This document shows positions 1-6,976 of a stretch of DNA of 19,759 bases, piece by piece. The stretch covers positions 1-19,759 of the forward strand of contig JAJPHT010000009.1 in the NCBI GenBank assembly GCA_021325135.1. The letters are read 5' to 3'. Source of the stretch: Pseudomonadota bacterium. Lineage in GTDB: Archaea; Thermoplasmatota; SW-10-69-26; JACQPN01; JAJPHT01. Numbering within the stretch: position 1 is the stretch's first letter; each line of letters opens with the position of its first letter. A model generated the notes under the pieces. It worked only from the letters and a program-made list of their open reading frames with translations. It ran no database searches and was not told where the DNA came from. Position numbers and translations under genes: made by a program.

Positions 1-35
1 CGCATCCCCGGGGTCGCTCCCCGGAGGTGTTCGCC

Positions 36-1691
36 ATGATGGGCAACAACCCGAACCAGCAGGTCATCATCCTCAAGGAAGGCACCCGCCGCGAGAAGGG
101 CCGCGGCGCGCAGAGCAACAACATCATGGCCGCCCGCGCGGTCGCCGAGGCGGTCCGCTCCACGCTGGGCCCCAAGGGCATGGACAAGATGCTCGTGGAC
201 AGCATGGGCGACGTCGTCATCACCAACGACGGCGTGACGATCCTCAAGGAGATCGACATCGAGCACCCCGCGGCGAAGATGATCGTCGAGGTCGCCAAGA
301 CCCAGGACCAGGAGGTCGGCGACGGCACGACGACCGCGGTCATCATCGCGGGCGAGCTTCTCCGCCGCGCCGAGGAGCTCATCGACGACGTCCACCCCAC
401 GCTCATCAACCAGGGCTACCGCAAGGCGCACCAGAAGGCCCTGGAGGTCCTTGACCAGATCGCGAAGCCCGTCAGCACGACGGACCGCGAGCTGCTCCAG
501 AAGATCGCGACCACCGCGATGACGGGCAAGAGCGCCGCGTTCCAGAACAGCCTCCTCTCCAAGATCGCGGTGGACGCGGTCAGCGCCATCGAGGAGAAGG
601 ACGGCAAGAAGGTCGTCGCGGACACGGACAACATCCAGGTCGTCAAGAAGAGCGGCGGCAGCGTCGACGACACGCAGCTCATCCAAGGCATCATCGTGGA
701 CAAGGAGCGCGTCCACGCCGGCATGCCCAAGAGCGTCAAGGGCGCGAAGATCGCCCTGCTCGACGTCGCGCTGGAGATCAAGAAGACCGAGATCGACGCC
801 AAGATCAAGATCACCAGCCCCGGCAGCTTCCAGAGCTTCCTCGACGAGGAGGAGAAGACCCTCCGCACGAAGGTCGACAAGGTCGTGAAGTCCGGCGCCA
901 ACGTCGTCTTCGTCCAGAAGGGCATCGACGACCTCGCCCAGCACTTCCTCGCCAAGGCCGGCATCTACGCCGTCCGCCGCGTGAAGAAGAGCGACATGGA
1001 AAAGATGGAGAAGGCGACCGGCGCCGTCATCGTCAGCAACCTCGACGACCTGCGCCCCACGGACCTGGGCAAGGCCGGCCTCGTGGAGGAGCGCAAGATC
1101 GGCGAGGACGAGATGACCTTCGTCACCGAGTGCCAGAACCCCCGCGCCGTGAGCGTGCTCCTGCGCGGCAGCACCGAGCACGTGGTGGACGAGATCGAGC
1201 GCGCCCTGGAGGACGCCCTGCGCGTCGTCGCGGTCGCGGTCGAGGACGGCAAGGTCGTCGCCGGCGGCGGCGCGCCCGAGGTCGAGCTCGCCCTCGCGCT
1301 GCGCAAGTACGCGGCCAGCGTCGGCGGCCGCAGCCAGCTGGCCATCGAGGCGTTCGCCAACGCGCTGGAGATCATCCCCCGCACCCTCGCGGAGAACGCG
1401 GGCCTCGACGCCATCAACATGCTCGTCGACCTGCGCCACGCCCACGAGCAGGGCAAGAAGACCTTCGGCCTCAACGTCTACAGCGGCAAGGTCGAGGACA
1501 TGCTGGCCGGCGGCGTCATCGAGCCCCTGCGCGTGAAGATCCAGGCGCTGGGCTCGGCCACCGAGGCGGCGACCATGATCCTGCGCATCGACGACGTCAT
1601 CGCCGCCAAGGAGCTCAAGGGCGCCCCCGGCGGCGCGGGCGGCCCCGGCGGCATGCCCCCCGGCATGGGCGGAATGCCTGGCATGATGTAA
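36..1691 (+). CDS. ths: Thermosome subunit (group II chaperonin), ~551 aa
   Basis: Motifs [30 protein letters not shown] and ILRIDDVI, plus a GGM-rich C-terminal tail. SD GGAGGTG at 23-29 favours ATG 36 over GTG 27. Alpha versus beta subunit cannot be decided. Confidence 0.97.
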   Translation: MMGNNPNQQVIILKEGTRREKGRGAQSNNIMAARAVAEAVRSTLGPKGMDKMLVDSMGDVVITNDGVTILKEIDIEHPAAKMIVEVAKTQDQEVGDGTTTAVIIAGELLRRAEELIDDVHPTLINQGYRKAHQKALEVLDQIAKPVSTTDRELLQKIATTAMTGKSAAFQNSLLSKIAVDAVSAIEEKDGKKVVADTDNIQVVKKSGGSVDDTQLIQGIIVDKERVHAGMPKSVKGAKIALLDVALEIKKTEIDAKIKITSPGSFQSFLDEEEKTLRTKVDKVVKSGANVVFVQKGIDDLAQHFLAKAGIYAVRRVKKSDMEKMEKATGAVIVSNLDDLRPTDLGKAGLVEERKIGEDEMTFVTECQNPRAVSVLLRGSTEHVVDEIERALEDALRVVAVAVEDGKVVAGGGAPEVELALALRKYAASVGGRSQLAIEAFANALEIIPRTLAENAGLDAINMLVDLRHAHEQGKKTFGLNVYSGKVEDMLAGGVIEPLRVKIQALGSATEAATMILRIDDVIAAKELKGAPGGAGGPGGMPPGMGGMPGMM

Positions 1692-1712
1692 GCGGGGCTG
1701 CGTGGCCCCCAC

Positions 1713-1744
1713 GCGGACGCATCGCGCGTCCGCCCTTCCTTTTT
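1713..1744 (+). terminator. Hairpin plus pyrimidine/T tract terminator after the thermosome gene
   Basis: GCGGACGC (1713-1720) pairs with GCGTCCGC (1726-1733), followed by CCTTCCTTTTT. Confidence 0.7.
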
Positions 1745-1781
1745 CTGATATCATCTTCTCTGGCTCAGCGTAGGCTGATCG

Positions 1782-1819
1782 CTCTGGTCTTGCGTCCGCT
1801 GGGGGCGGAGCCCCCAGCG
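1782..1819. repeat. REP-like palindrome, copy 1
   Basis: CGCTGGGGGC-GGA-GCCCCCAGCG forms a 10-bp stem at 1797-1819. Positions 1782-1806 match 12329-12353 at 23 of 25 nt. Confidence 0.7.
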
Positions 1820-1844
1820 AAAAGAACGGCGAGAAAGGTCCGGC

Positions 1845-2252
1845 TCACCGCGCGTCGTCGTTGGCATGCGGCTCGCGCGCCCGGCCCAGGAGGTCCGCGT
1901 GCTCGTCGCGGGCCCGCTGCGCGCGCTCCTTCGCGTCCTCCAGCGCGCGCAGGGCCGCCCCGTCGTGGGGCGTGCGCGCGGCGCGGGCCTCCGCCTCCTG
2001 GAGCCGCCGCAGCGCGCGCACGAGGCGGGCGCGGCTCGCGCGCACGGCCTCGCCCTCCGCCGCCTCGGCGGGGAGGCGCGGCGAGCGGGCGCGCTGCTTG
2101 GGGCGCGCGTCCATCCAGCGCGGGTGGCGGCGCATCGCGCGGGCGGCCTCGGCGGAGAGGCACGCCTCGTCCGCGTGGTAGCGCCGGTGCCGGTGGCAGT
2201 GCCGGCATACGTCCGGCAGCGCGGCGCTGGTGGCCTCGAAGCGGGACGGCAT
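1845..2252 (-). CDS. Hypothetical 135-aa protein with N-terminal Cys/His motif and C-terminal coiled coil
   Basis: 3' part of ORF 1845..3161 (MPSRFEATSAALPDVCRHCHRHRRYHADEAC...). TATA-like CCTAAG lies 24 nt before ATG 2252. The C-terminus is helical and A/E/R-rich. It fills the gap between the thermosome gene and the permease. Confidence 0.6.
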   Translation of the reverse strand: MPSRFEATSAALPDVCRHCHRHRRYHADEACLSAEAARAMRRHPRWMDARPKQRARSPRLPAEAAEGEAVRASRARLVRALRRLQEAEARAARTPHDGAALRALEDAKERAQRARDEHADLLGRAREPHANDDAR

Positions 2253-2305
2253 GCCCGTGGATTGCGCTCCGAGACGCTTAGGCTTGGCGAGAGGGCGGGT
2301 CGAAC

Positions 2306-3037
2306 CTAGTCCAGGATGAGCCGCGCGCGGCGGAAGCGCAGCAGGCAGAGCGCCAGGAGGACGAGGTCCACGGCCGCCAGGAGCGCGCCCGCGGCCAGGA
2401 GGACCCGCGTCTCGCCGGCCGTGGCCACGAACCGCAGCAGCGATCGGCGCCACTCCGCGGGGACGACGGCGCCGCCGCTGAAGACGAGGACCGTGACCAG
2501 GGCGACGCTCAGGGCAAGGACCTGCTGGGCCTGCTTCACCGTGGCCGCGCGCAGCGAGACGAGGACGCCCAGGGACGACATGAGGAGCGCCACCAGGAGG
2601 CCCAGCCCCAGCCCGCCCAGGAGCACCGTGGGCTCGTAGAGGAGCGTTCCTCCCGGGTGCGGGCGCAGGTTCACCGTGGCGAGGGCGAGGGCGGCGGAGA
2701 GGACGACGAGGCTCCAGCCGTAGGCGACGGCGGTGCCGATCTTCCCCGCGAGGATCGCGCGATCCGGCAGGCGCGTCGCGAGGAGCGACTCCAGCGTGTG
2801 GCGCTCGCGCTCGCCCGCGAAGGCGTCGGCGATGAACGCGACGATGGTCGCGAAGGGCACGACGAGGAAGCCCCCCAGCGAGCCCAGGGACGAGACGAAG
2901 CGCGGCCCGTCCTGCGCGGGGAGCACGACGCCGAAGATGGCCAGGAGCACCGCGGCGCTGGCCAGCGTGCTCTTCTGGCGGACCAGCTCGCGCATCTCCT
3001 TCCAGGCGACGGCGCCGGCATCCGCGGCGAAGCTCAC
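2306..3037 (-). CDS. ABC-2 type transporter permease
   Basis: AVAWKEMREL N-terminus, DAFAGERERHTLESLLAT...ILAGK motif, about 6 hydrophobic segments. Overlaps the ATPase stop codon by 4 nt. Confidence 0.92.
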   Translation of the reverse strand: MSFAADAGAVAWKEMRELVRQKSTLASAAVLLAIFGVVLPAQDGPRFVSSLGSLGGFLVVPFATIVAFIADAFAGERERHTLESLLATRLPDRAILAGKIGTAVAYGWSLVVLSAALALATVNLRPHPGGTLLYEPTVLLGGLGLGLLVALLMSSLGVLVSLRAATVKQAQQVLALSVALVTVLVFSGGAVVPAEWRRSLLRFVATAGETRVLLAAGALLAAVDLVLLALCLLRFRRARLILD

Positions 3038-3966
3038 TTGGGCTCCTCCTCCACGAGCTTGAGGAAGACCTCTTCGAGGGACGCGCCCTCGCGCCGCACC
3101 TCCTCCACCTCCGCGCCCGCCTCCACCGCGGCGCGCACGAGGGGGGCCGCGCTCGCGCCATCCGCGAGGGCGACCTCCAGGCGGTCGTCGCGCGTCGCGA
3201 TGGCGGCGACGCCGGGCAGCGCGCGCAGGCGCGCGACGGCGGGCGCGAGGTTGCGGCCCACGATCTCGACGCGGGGCGCGGCGCCCTGCTGGCGAAGCTC
3301 GGCCGGCGAGCCCACCGCGAGGAGGCGCCCCTGGCGGACCACCGCGACGCGGCCGCAGAGGCGCTCCGCCTCGCCGAGGTTGTGCGTGGTGAGGAAGATG
3401 GTCGTGCCCTCCTTTCTCGCGAGGCTCTCCAGGTCCGCGCGCAGCGCCGCGCTGGCGACGGCGTCGAGGCCCGCCGTGGGCTCGTCGAGGAAGACCAGCT
3501 CAGGGCGGTGCAGCAGCGTGCGCACGACGGCGAGCTTCTGCTTCATGCCGCGGCTCCACGTGCCCACCGGCTCGCCGCGCCGCTCCCAGAGGCCGATGTG
3601 CGTGAGAAGCTCGCGGATGCGCGCCTCGCGCTCGGCCTTGGGGAGGTGCCACGCGCGGGCGAAGAAGGAGAGGTTCTCCTCGGCGCTGAGGCGCTCGTAG
3701 AGCCCCGTGAACTCCAGGAGCGCGCCGCAGCGGGCCCGCACCTCGTTGGCCTCCCGCGCGACGTCCAGGCCCAGCACCTCGGCGCGGCCGCGGTCGGGCT
3801 CCAGGAGCCCCAGCAGGAGGCGGATCGTGGTCGTCTTGCCGCCGCCGTTGGGCGCGAGAAAGCCGAACACGACGCCGCGGGGCACCTCGAAGCTGAGGTC
3901 GTCCACCGCGCGCACGGCGCCGAAGCTCCGCGTCAGCCCCACGGCGCGGATGGCGGGCGTCGTCAC
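3034..3966 (-). CDS. ABC transporter ATP-binding protein (DrrA/CcmA-like exporter), ~310 aa
   Basis: Walker A APNGGGKTT, signature WSRGMKQK, Walker B VFLDEPTAGLD, H-loop LTTHN, C-terminal SLEEVFLKL. GTG 3966 lies 24 nt after the TATA-like CTTTTT. Confidence 0.95.
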   Translation of the reverse strand: MTTPAIRAVGLTRSFGAVRAVDDLSFEVPRGVVFGFLAPNGGGKTTTIRLLLGLLEPDRGRAEVLGLDVAREANEVRARCGALLEFTGLYERLSAEENLSFFARAWHLPKAEREARIRELLTHIGLWERRGEPVGTWSRGMKQKLAVVRTLLHRPELVFLDEPTAGLDAVASAALRADLESLARKEGTTIFLTTHNLGEAERLCGRVAVVRQGRLLAVGSPAELRQQGAAPRVEIVGRNLAPAVARLRALPGVAAIATRDDRLEVALADGASAAPLVRAAVEAGAEVEEVRREGASLEEVFLKLVEEEPK

Positions 3967-4070
3967 AGCCGGGCAGCACGGGGGGTCCGGAAAAAGGGTT
4001 GCGACCGTTGAAGGGCCTGACCGCAAACCCTAAGCCCCCCATCGCAGGCTCGCCGTCGTCCGGTGGCCCC

Positions 4071-5192
4071 GTGCTGCGTCCCCTGCTCCTCGTTGCGCTC
4101 CTGGCCGTCGCCTCCGTCGCGGCCGGCTGCACCGACAAGCTCTCCCTCAACAAGGCGACGCTGGACAACCCGTCCTTCGACCTCAGCCCCGAGACGGGCG
4201 ATGCCACGACCACGTTCCACGTGGACGCGGGCGCGCTCTCCAAGTACAACGTCACCTGGGACTTCGGCGACGGCACGCACGCCTACGGCGGCAGCGCGGA
4301 CCACCAGTACGGCTTCAGCAATGGCCGCATGACCGTCACGCTCATCGCCACCGACGCGACGGGCAAGCAGGGCATCGCGACGCGCGTCGTCGTCCTGGGC
4401 ACGGGCGTCAACCACCCGCCCAGCGTCCGCATCTCCTCCTCGCGCACGTGGGTCAAGGTGGGCGAGCCCGCCTCGTTCAACGCCTACGGCTACGACGCCG
4501 ACAGCGACCCCATGACCTACACGTGGACCGTGCAGCCCGCCAACGGCGCGGCGCGCAACGCGGCCGACGGCCCCAGCGCCGTCTCCACCACCTTCGACGC
4601 CGTGGGCTCCTACACGGTGAAGGTCCTCGCCAAGGACCCCAAGGGCGGCACCGCCACCGACACGCAGGTCGTGTGGGCCACCAAGGAGATCCCCGCCACC
4701 GTCTTCGACGCCACGTACCACGGCAACATCACCGTGGGCAACGGCGACGCGGGGATCAACGAGAAGGCCGAGAGCAAGCTGGGCTCCACGGCCCCCAACC
4801 AGACCGTGGACAGCGCGGTCTACCCCTTCACGCTGGACTACCCGGGCTACACGCTGGCGTTCCTCACGTGGAACGACAGCAGCACCGTGGGCGCGGTGGA
4901 CCTCGATCTGGAGGTGCGCTACGCCTCCAACGCCACGCCCGTGTGGACCTCGGCGCACCACCTCGTCAACGCGCCCGACCCCTCGAACCCGCCGCCCATC
5001 CCACCGCCCGTGCCCCCCGGTGTGCCCACACCTGTGGGACCCTACGAGTACAACGTCTCCATGCTGCCCCCGGGCAAGTACGAGGCCGTCGTGCGCGGCT
5101 ACGCCGGCGCCAACGTCGAGTACGCGCTCCTCCTCCACGCGAGCCTCCTCGTGAGCCCCGAGTCGGTGGCCAAGGCCGAGGGCGGCTCCTGA
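4071..5192 (+). CDS. PKD-domain lipoprotein, ~373 aa
   Basis: Signal peptide with lipobox VAAGC. PKD motif VTWDFGDG and a second PKD/Ig-like repeat (NHPP...DADSDPMTYTW...GSYTVKVLAKDPKGG). C-terminal beta domain (LTWND...DLDLEV) with a Pro-rich insert. Start GTG 4071 is inferred. Confidence 0.85.
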   Translation: MLRPLLLVALLAVASVAAGCTDKLSLNKATLDNPSFDLSPETGDATTTFHVDAGALSKYNVTWDFGDGTHAYGGSADHQYGFSNGRMTVTLIATDATGKQGIATRVVVLGTGVNHPPSVRISSSRTWVKVGEPASFNAYGYDADSDPMTYTWTVQPANGAARNAADGPSAVSTTFDAVGSYTVKVLAKDPKGGTATDTQVVWATKEIPATVFDATYHGNITVGNGDAGINEKAESKLGSTAPNQTVDSAVYPFTLDYPGYTLAFLTWNDSSTVGAVDLDLEVRYASNATPVWTSAHHLVNAPDPSNPPPIPPPVPPGVPTPVGPYEYNVSMLPPGKYEAVVRGYAGANVEYALLLHASLLVSPESVAKAEGGS

Positions 5193-5266
5193 GTTCGGCG
5201 CCCCGGACGAGGAAGCCACCCCGCGCTCACCTGAACCTTCATGCCCCGGGGCCGGCTCGGCCCAGC

Positions 5267-6226
5267 GTGAAGGCGAAGGCGCTCACCGGCGCGAACCTGG
5301 GCCTGCTCCTCCTCCTGGCGTGCCTGTGGGGCATCGCGTTCATGTTCATCCGGCTGGGCCTCGAAGGGCCCTCCTTCTCGCCGGTCCTCTTCGCCGCGCT
5401 GCGCTTCGACGTCGCGGGCGCCGTGGTCCTCGCCGTCGCGCTGGCGCGCAAGAGCCCGCTGCGCCCCCGGGGCCGCAAGCAGTGGATCGCCATCGGCGTC
5501 GCGGCCGTGTTCAACGTGACGCTCTACCACGCGCTCCTCTTCTGGGGCGAGGTCCACACCAGCGCCGCCGTGGGCGCGGTCATCGTGGGGCTCAACCCGT
5601 TGCTCACGACGCTGCTCTCGCGCTGGCTCCTCAGCGACGAGCGCGTGGGCCTGGGCGGCGTGCTGGGCCTGGGGCTCGGCCTCGCGGGCATCGTCATCCT
5701 GGCGCTCCTCAAGGGGGGCAGCCTCCTGGACGTGCGCGGCGTCGCGGAGCTGGCGTGCCTGGGCGCCATCCTGGCGTGGAGCACGGGCAGCATCCTCGTG
5801 CGGCGCACGCAGCACGGCATGGACGTCTTCGCGTTCACCGCGTGGCAGATGCTCGTGGGCGCCGCGATCCTGCACGTTTCCTCGCTGGTCTTCGACCCCC
5901 TCATCGACCCCGCGCGCGGCGCGTTCGCCGTGTGGGACCTCGACGGCGTCCTGAGCCTCCTCTACCTGGCCGTCGTGAGCAGCGCGGTGGGCTTCGTCAT
6001 CTACTTCACGCTCCTGGAGCGCGTCGGGCCCATCCGCGTGAACCTCGTGAGCAACGTCGCGCCCCTCTTCGCGGCGCTGGCGGGCTTCCTCATCCTGGGC
6101 GAGGCCTTCGAGCTTCGCACGCTCCTCGCCTTCGCCCTCATCCTCACGGGCTTCGTCCTCGTGGCCCGGCCCGCCAAGGCGCCGCCGCAGGAGCCCGCGC
6201 CCCCCATCCCCGCCGAAGAGGGATAG
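5267..6226 (+). CDS. EamA/DMT family transporter, ~319 aa
   Basis: LWGIAFMFIR, FAALRF, LNPLLT...LLSDER and a second repeat YFTLLERVG...PLFAALAGFLILGE; about 10 TM segments. GTG 5267 lies 24 nt after CTTCAT. Confidence 0.93.
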   Translation: MKAKALTGANLGLLLLLACLWGIAFMFIRLGLEGPSFSPVLFAALRFDVAGAVVLAVALARKSPLRPRGRKQWIAIGVAAVFNVTLYHALLFWGEVHTSAAVGAVIVGLNPLLTTLLSRWLLSDERVGLGGVLGLGLGLAGIVILALLKGGSLLDVRGVAELACLGAILAWSTGSILVRRTQHGMDVFAFTAWQMLVGAAILHVSSLVFDPLIDPARGAFAVWDLDGVLSLLYLAVVSSAVGFVIYFTLLERVGPIRVNLVSNVAPLFAALAGFLILGEAFELRTLLAFALILTGFVLVARPAKAPPQEPAPPIPAEEG

Positions 6227-6237
6227 CGCAAGGAGAA

Positions 6238-6339
6238 GCCCGGGCGGCGGCCAGATCGGGGGACGGATGCAATCCGGAGGATTGCGGGGGGTGGGAACCA
6301 ACGGATGAGCAGGACGCTCAGCCAAGGCCCCGCCCGGGC
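6238..6339 (-). ncRNA. Putative ~102-nt structured small RNA
   Basis: Promoter ACAACGCTTAAG on the minus strand (TATA 6363-6368) lies 23 nt before a 14-bp terminal stem with one bulge. Two internal hairpins and a TTCTCCTT tail. No credible ORF in this interval. Confidence 0.6.
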
Positions 6340-6362
6340 AAGGCCGGGTAACAGGAGCGCGG

Positions 6363-6374
6363 CTTAAGCGTTGT
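6363..6374 (-). promoter_or_regulatory. BRE/TATA promoter of the putative sRNA
   Basis: Minus-strand ACAACGCTTAAG resembles GCAACCCTTATT (13876-13887) and CCAACCTTAAT (15595-15605), both upstream of clear genes. Confidence 0.6.
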
Positions 6375-6389
6375 GGGAATGGTCTGGAT

Positions 6390-6416
6390 CGGTCCGGGCC
6401 TTGGGGGCCCGGACCG
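6390..6416 (-). terminator. 11-bp hairpin just downstream of the 113-aa ORF
   Basis: CGGTCCGGGCC-TTGGG-GGCCCGGACCG, 10 nt past the stop codon. There is no strong U tract, so it may be a stabilising or processing hairpin instead. Confidence 0.45.
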
Positions 6417-6426
6417 TGGGGGCGCC

Positions 6427-6768
6427 CTAGAGGTTGAGCCTTCGTTCCAGCTCGCTGGCGCGGGCCATGGGGATGGAGCCCCGCTCCAGCTGGTAGCGGA
6501 CGCGGCTCTTGTCGGCGGTGATCCAGTCCACGTGGGGGCGGCGCTCGCCCTCGAAGGAGACGCCGCCGCGGCCGTGGCCGCGGCTCACGTTGGCGCCCCG
6601 CCTCAGCTGGAGGTCCTGGTCCTTGGCGTCCAGGAAGATCTCCGGGTCGAAGGCGCGGACGCGCTTCCACGACTTCAGCGCCGAGGCGAACCGATTCCGC
6701 CGCTCGGTGCGGGCGCTGTGCCAGTGGTGCCTCTTGTAGGGCTCGTTGCTGCGTCGGGTCTTCGGCAT
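6427..6768 (-). CDS. Hypothetical basic protein, 113 aa
   Basis: MPKTRRSNEPYKRHHWHSAR... Nearly all codons end in G or C, as in neighbouring genes. SD-like GTGGTGA precedes ATG 6768 and a TATA lies upstream. No family recognised. Confidence 0.8.
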   Translation of the reverse strand: MPKTRRSNEPYKRHHWHSARTERRNRFASALKSWKRVRAFDPEIFLDAKDQDLQLRRGANVSRGHGRGGVSFEGERRPHVDWITADKSRVRYQLERGSIPMARASELERRLNL

Positions 6769-6870
6769 GTCACCACTTCCGTCGGATCGGCGGGGTGGTC
6801 CCGGCTGGGATGCCTTCGCGCCGTTCCGACTGGGATGACTTGGGCGCCTGAGTCGATATAATGCCTTCTT
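6769..6870 (-). promoter_or_regulatory. TATA promoter and structured 5' leader of the 113-aa ORF
   Basis: AAGAAGGCATTATAT on the minus strand (6870-6856). The leader stem GUCGGA-A-CGGCG...CGCCG-A-UCCGAC (6830-6781) starts at about the predicted transcription start. Confidence 0.55.
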
Positions 6871-6976
6871 TGGGGCCACCCGAAACGATGCCCACGCCCG
6901 GAAAAATGACAAGCCCGCGGGGGCGGTCCAGCGCCAGGCTTTTCCCTTCCGCGGGCCCTTCGCCGGGGGCCCCGGA

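Noticed and set aside
21-27. Thermosome SD region CCGGAGG is complementary to CCUCCGG in the 6238-6339 RNA
   Set aside because: Only 7 nt, largely generic anti-SD and partly buried in a stem; too weak to call a target.
1620-1691. GGM-rich low-complexity tail
   Set aside because: A normal chaperonin C-terminus.
3830-3860. Walker A begins with Ala (APNGGGKT) instead of Gly
   Set aside because: Fits the [AG]x4GK[ST] consensus and the other motifs are intact; not a pseudogene.
6238-6360. Plus-strand reading as a CsrB/RsmZ-like RNA (ACGGA twice, CAGGA and GGA in hairpin loops)
   Set aside because: The GGA motifs are the complement of the UCC motifs. The BRE/TATA, spacing and pyrimidine tail all favour the minus strand, and CsrA is not an established archaeal protein. 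The strand still needs experimental confirmation.
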